Shown: positions 54,722 through 57,983 of the stretch, in pieces
Position numbering within the stretch: the first letter of the stretch is position 1
Layout: every line of letters starts with the position of its first letter
Source: a virus
Taxonomy: Duplodnaviria; Caudoviricetes
Virus record (IMG/VR): IMGVR_UViG_3300023174_005575
Location: 1 to 57,983 of that record
DNA length: 57,983 bases
Strand: one strand, 5' to 3'
Translations under genes and position numbers: made by a program
Notes under the pieces: generated by a model
The model's input: only the letters and a program-made list of their open reading frames with translations
Told to the model about the DNA's origin: nothing
Database searches by the model: none

Positions 54722-55510
54722 ATGCAGCAAAAAAAATTTCGAACAATTGCTATTAGTGATGTACATTTAGGCACTAAAGATTGCAAAGCCGAATATTTAA
54801 ATAATTTTCTTAAACACAATACCTGTAATAAATTGTATCTCATAGGGGATATAATAGACGCTTGGAAAATAAAACAAAATCGTCTTAAATGGCGTCAAAG
54901 CCATACTAACGTAATTCGCCGCATACTGGGACACGCCAAGCGTGGAACCGAAGTAGTTTATGTGGCAGGTAATCATGACGAATTTTTAAGACCAATGATA
55001 CCTTATGGGCTAAGTTTTGGTCGTATTAAAATCTGCAATCAAGCAGAACATATTGGCATAGATGGCAAGAGATACCTTGTGGTGCATGGTGATTTATTTG
55101 ATGGTATTACTAGGCTGGCACCTTGGCTCAGTATATTAGGAGATAGGGCATATGACTGCGTTCTTAACATTAACACTAAACTCAATTGGATTCGTCATCG
55201 TATGGGTTTTGGCTACTGGAGCCTTAGCCTGTACCTTAAGCACCGGGTCAAAAAAGCGGTAGATTTTATGTTTCAATTTGAACTAAATCTAGCCAGTTAT
55301 TGTAAAAAGAAGGGCTATGATGGAGTGATCTGTGGACATATACACAGGGCTGAAATTAAACAAGTAGATGGAATTGTCTATATGAATGATGGAGACTGGG
55401 TGGAAAGTTGTACAGCACTAGTTGAACATTGGGATGGTCGTTGGGAAATCATAACTTGGTCGGAGATTCAAAAAAATGACATGGCTATTGATACTGCTAG
55501 CAGTACATAA
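54722..55510 (+). CDS. PlcP-like metallophosphoesterase (LpxH-family phospholipase C); start revised to 54722
   Basis: ISDVHLG, GDIID, GNHD, HGD, CGHIH, NDGDWVES; His (not Arg) in GNxD; nearly adjacent to a GT4 gene. Confidence 0.78.
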   Translation: MQQKKFRTIAISDVHLGTKDCKAEYLNNFLKHNTCNKLYLIGDIIDAWKIKQNRLKWRQSHTNVIRRILGHAKRGTEVVYVAGNHDEFLRPMIPYGLSFGRIKICNQAEHIGIDGKRYLVVHGDLFDGITRLAPWLSILGDRAYDCVLNINTKLNWIRHRMGFGYWSLSLYLKHRVKKAVDFMFQFELNLASYCKKKGYDGVICGHIHRAEIKQVDGIVYMNDGDWVESCTALVEHWDGRWEIITWSEIQKNDMAIDTASST

Positions 55511-55658
55511 AACTAATCCCAATGATATTCCTGGACGAGTAACACTTGAGTTTGAAAGCCAAGCCGCATGTGAACGTAGTTTATCTAACATGGAGTATTG
55601 GCTCAAGTTTGACAGTTTTAAGGTGGAAGGCAGATGTATAAAAAAATCCTCATCATAA
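55476..55658 (+). CDS. Small hypothetical protein
   Basis: 60 aa; hydrophobic start, F.S..AC...C; overlaps both neighbours. Confidence 0.55.
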   Translation: MTWLLILLAVHKTNPNDIPGRVTLEFESQAACERSLSNMEYWLKFDSFKVEGRCIKKSSS

Positions 55659-56635
55659 CAGACAATGTACCATCACAAGTTAATGGCGTGGTTACAACAT
55701 TTAATAACTTGGAAATATATGCTGAACGTGACGGTTATGATTTTGTTTATCTTGATCCCCGGCAGTTTAATCATATTCCCTGTCCTGGCTATGGTGAAGT
55801 CAAACTTAGTTGGACATGGGGCATTGGACGCATTATTCAAAAAGTGGATCCGGATTATATCCATATTGCCACGGAAGGACCAGTAGGATTTGCTGCTCGT
55901 TGTTGGATGGACTATTGGGGCTGGCGTTATAACACCAGCTATCATACAAGATTCCCAGAAGCCATAAACAAAATTGCAGGCATACCTACAGATTGGAGTT
56001 ATCGTTACTTACGTTGGTTCCATAAGCATAGTGGCCGTGTACTAACTACTACACAGAGCATGGTAGATGATTTAGTCAGTCGTGGATTTAGAACTGATAT
56101 TAAGCCATGGACTCGCGGTGTAGATCGAGACGTATTTAATAGCACTACAAGAACAGCCACAAACAAAAGGCAACCTATATTGTTAAGCGTAGGGCGTGTC
56201 AGTAAAGAAAAGAATTTGGATGACTTCTGTAGATTGGACTACCCCAATGCTACTAAAATTGTAGTGGGTGATGGACCATGCCGTCGTCGTATGGAACGTG
56301 AATACCCAGATGTTGAATTCGTCGGGGTAAAGCGTGGATTAGAATTGGCTCAATATTATGCTGATGCAGATGCCTTTGTATTCACCAGTCGTTGGGACAC
56401 ATTTGGTATAGTAATGATTGAAGCCATGGCCTGTGGCACTCCCGTGGCAGCCTATCCAGTAACTGGACCACAGGATGTTATTGATCAAGGTCTAACAGGT
56501 TATATGGACGAGGCCCTTAAAACTGCTGTAGATCAATGTTTGAAATTAGATCGAGTTAAGGTGGAAGAAGCCAGCTTACGTTGGAGTTGGCAGGAATGTT
56601 GGAATATATTCAGAGATAACTTAGTATATAAATGA
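55634..56635 (+). CDS. GT4 glycosyltransferase, Agt-like (glycosyl-diacylglycerol synthase)
   Basis: ILIITD...QVNGVV, HIATEGPVG, YHTRFPE, VGRVSKEKN, DTFGIVMIEAMACG. Confidence 0.82.
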   Translation: MYKKILIITDNVPSQVNGVVTTFNNLEIYAERDGYDFVYLDPRQFNHIPCPGYGEVKLSWTWGIGRIIQKVDPDYIHIATEGPVGFAARCWMDYWGWRYNTSYHTRFPEAINKIAGIPTDWSYRYLRWFHKHSGRVLTTTQSMVDDLVSRGFRTDIKPWTRGVDRDVFNSTTRTATNKRQPILLSVGRVSKEKNLDDFCRLDYPNATKIVVGDGPCRRRMEREYPDVEFVGVKRGLELAQYYADADAFVFTSRWDTFGIVMIEAMACGTPVAAYPVTGPQDVIDQGLTGYMDEALKTAVDQCLKLDRVKVEEASLRWSWQECWNIFRDNLVYK

Positions 56636-56686
56636 TCTAGCCTCTTACTTAAATAATTAAGTAGGTTTTGCAAGGAAATAATTGCT

Positions 56687-57983
56687 ATGATCAAAAAAAT
56701 AATTGCCTGTTCAATATTTTCCAATTTTTTAATTTGTGCAAATGCTCAAACACTGATTAATCAAGGCGGATACGACTCCAAAACACTGGTAGATACTAAC
56801 AGCACCAGTAATAGTACTAGTACCGTTAATACCAATAATACTAGCACCAGCAATAGTAATAGCACAAGCACTAGTACGGTAAACAGCAATAGCAATAACG
56901 TTAACTCCAGCGTTAACACTAACAATAATATTCAAAGCGGCACAGTTACCAATAACAACGTCAACAGTGGCACAGTTACCTATAATAATAACAACAATAA
57001 CGTCAATAGTGGAACAGTAACTTATAACAATAACAATGTGAATAGTGGCACAATGACCAACAATAATAACAATGTCAGTGCCAGTACATCCGTTAACACT
57101 AACAATAACATCCAAAGTGGTACAGTAACCAACAATAACAATAACGTGAATACTGGAGATATGACTAATCGTAATATCAATACCAGCACAAGTACTAGTG
57201 TCAACACTAATAACAACATCAATAGTGGTACAATGACATATAATAACAATAATGCCAGTACCAGCACAAGTACTAGCAACAATGTCAATACCAATAATAA
57301 TATTAACAGTGGTACGATGACATACAATAACAATAATGTCAGCAATTCTGTCAACAAAAACCTTAATGTTAATCGAAGCACCAGCAATAATGTAAATCAA
57401 AACATTAATACTAGTACCAGTACTAATTACAACTATGGTACAATGACCAATAAGAATATTAATACCAGTACTAGTAATAATACAAACAAAAACGTCAATG
57501 TCAATACTGGCACAATGACTTATAACAATAACAATGCCAGTACAAGCACCAGTACCAATGTTAATACTAACAATAATATTACCAGTGGTAGTATGACTAA
57601 TCGTAATATTAATTCCAGTAACAGCACTAGTTCAAATAGTAATGTTAATACCAACAATAACATTAACACTGGCACAATGACCAACAATAACAACAATGTA
57701 AACACCAGTGTAAGTGCAAGCACTAGCAATAATGTCAATAACAGCAACAATGTTAATCAAAACGTACAAACTGGTGATATGACTAACCGCAATATCAACT
57801 CATCAGAAATTACACAGCGAGTCATACAACCTCCTCCCACAGCCATTGCTCCTACTATGATGAGTGGTGGTAATGCTGACCTATGTACAACTGGCGTAAG
57901 TGGTGCTGTACAAACACAAATCTTTGGTGTTAGCAGCGGATCTACGATAAGAGATGTCAATTGCGAAAGACTAAAGCTAGCCA
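56687..57983 (+). CDS. Secreted Asn/Thr/Ser-rich repeat protein (partial, runs off window; not in ORF track)
   Basis: AAGGA RBS and TAAATA at 56650; signal peptide (ANA/Q); repeats of N(V/I)(N/Q)(S/T)G(T/D)(M/V)T(Y/N)NNNN; then QPPPTAIAP...C..GVSG..Q...C; frame open for >430 codons. Confidence 0.85.
   Translation, partial: MIKKIIACSIFSNFLICANAQTLINQGGYDSKTLVDTNSTSNSTSTVNTNNTSTSNSNSTSTSTVNSNSNNVNSSVNTNNNIQSGTVTNNNVNSGTVTYNNNNNNVNSGTVTYNNNNVNSGTMTNNNNNVSASTSVNTNNNIQSGTVTNNNNNVNTGDMTNRNINTSTSTSVNTNNNINSGTMTYNNNNASTSTSTSNNVNTNNNINSGTMTYNNNNVSNSVNKNLNVNRSTSNNVNQNINTSTSTNYNYGTMTNKNINTSTSNNTNKNVNVNTGTMTYNNNNASTSTSTNVNTNNNITSGSMTNRNINSSNSTSSNSNVNTNNNINTGTMTNNNNNVNTSVSASTSNNVNNSNNVNQNVQTGDMTNRNINSSEITQRVIQPPPTAIAPTMMSGGNADLCTTGVSGAVQTQIFGVSSGSTIRDVNCERLKLA

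Noticed and set aside
54722-55510. Annotation as lipid A enzyme LpxH
   Set aside because: GNHD instead of GNRD and linkage to an Agt-like GT4 fit PlcP better; still needs phylogeny.
56729-57960. Minus-strand Ile/Val/Leu-rich ORFs in the track
   Set aside because: Mirror images of the AAY-rich plus-strand gene starting at 56687, which has an RBS, promoter and signal peptide.
1-57983. Stop-codon reassignment, tRNA genes, or a bacterial chromosome/prophage origin
   Set aside because: Known genes are full length in code 11 and all three stops are used; no cloverleaf seen in the short intergenic gaps; host-like genes are interleaved with virion genes and share phage promoters; no integrase or att site seen.

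Overview
A 58-kb, AT-rich, gene-dense segment of a large tailed dsDNA phage, read in standard code 11. It shows T4-like traits: TAAATA late promoters, a PAAR spike tip, class Ia nrdA/nrdB/glutaredoxin, and a 2938-aa fibre among several fibre and collagen-like proteins. The host is probably a Gram-negative proteobacterium (inference). I saw no tRNA, CRISPR array, integrase or intron. The accessory load is unusually metabolic. (1) A dispersed tetrapyrrole/iron set: Dps (3' end), ALA synthase, HemF, a HemD-like protein, heme oxygenase plus a PcyA/PcyX-type bilin reductase, and IscU/IscA. (2) A PlcP-like phosphoesterase plus Agt-like GT4 pair resembling the bacterial phosphate-starvation lipid-remodelling cassette. 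(3) Translation, proteostasis and chromatin genes: bS21, Hsp20, ClpS and an Hc1-like protein. (4) Envelope genes: an outer-membrane beta-barrel, lipoproteins, a secreted nuclease and a secreted Asn-rich repeat protein. Signals read directly from the DNA include two A10-GTA slippery sites that join ORFs to poorly initiated downstream frames, a ROSE-like thermometer before hsp20, an unrecognised pseudoknotted leader before the hemD-like gene, many leaderless late genes, and shared N-/C-terminal peptide tags on several unknown proteins. All family assignments come from motif recognition by eye; no database search was run.
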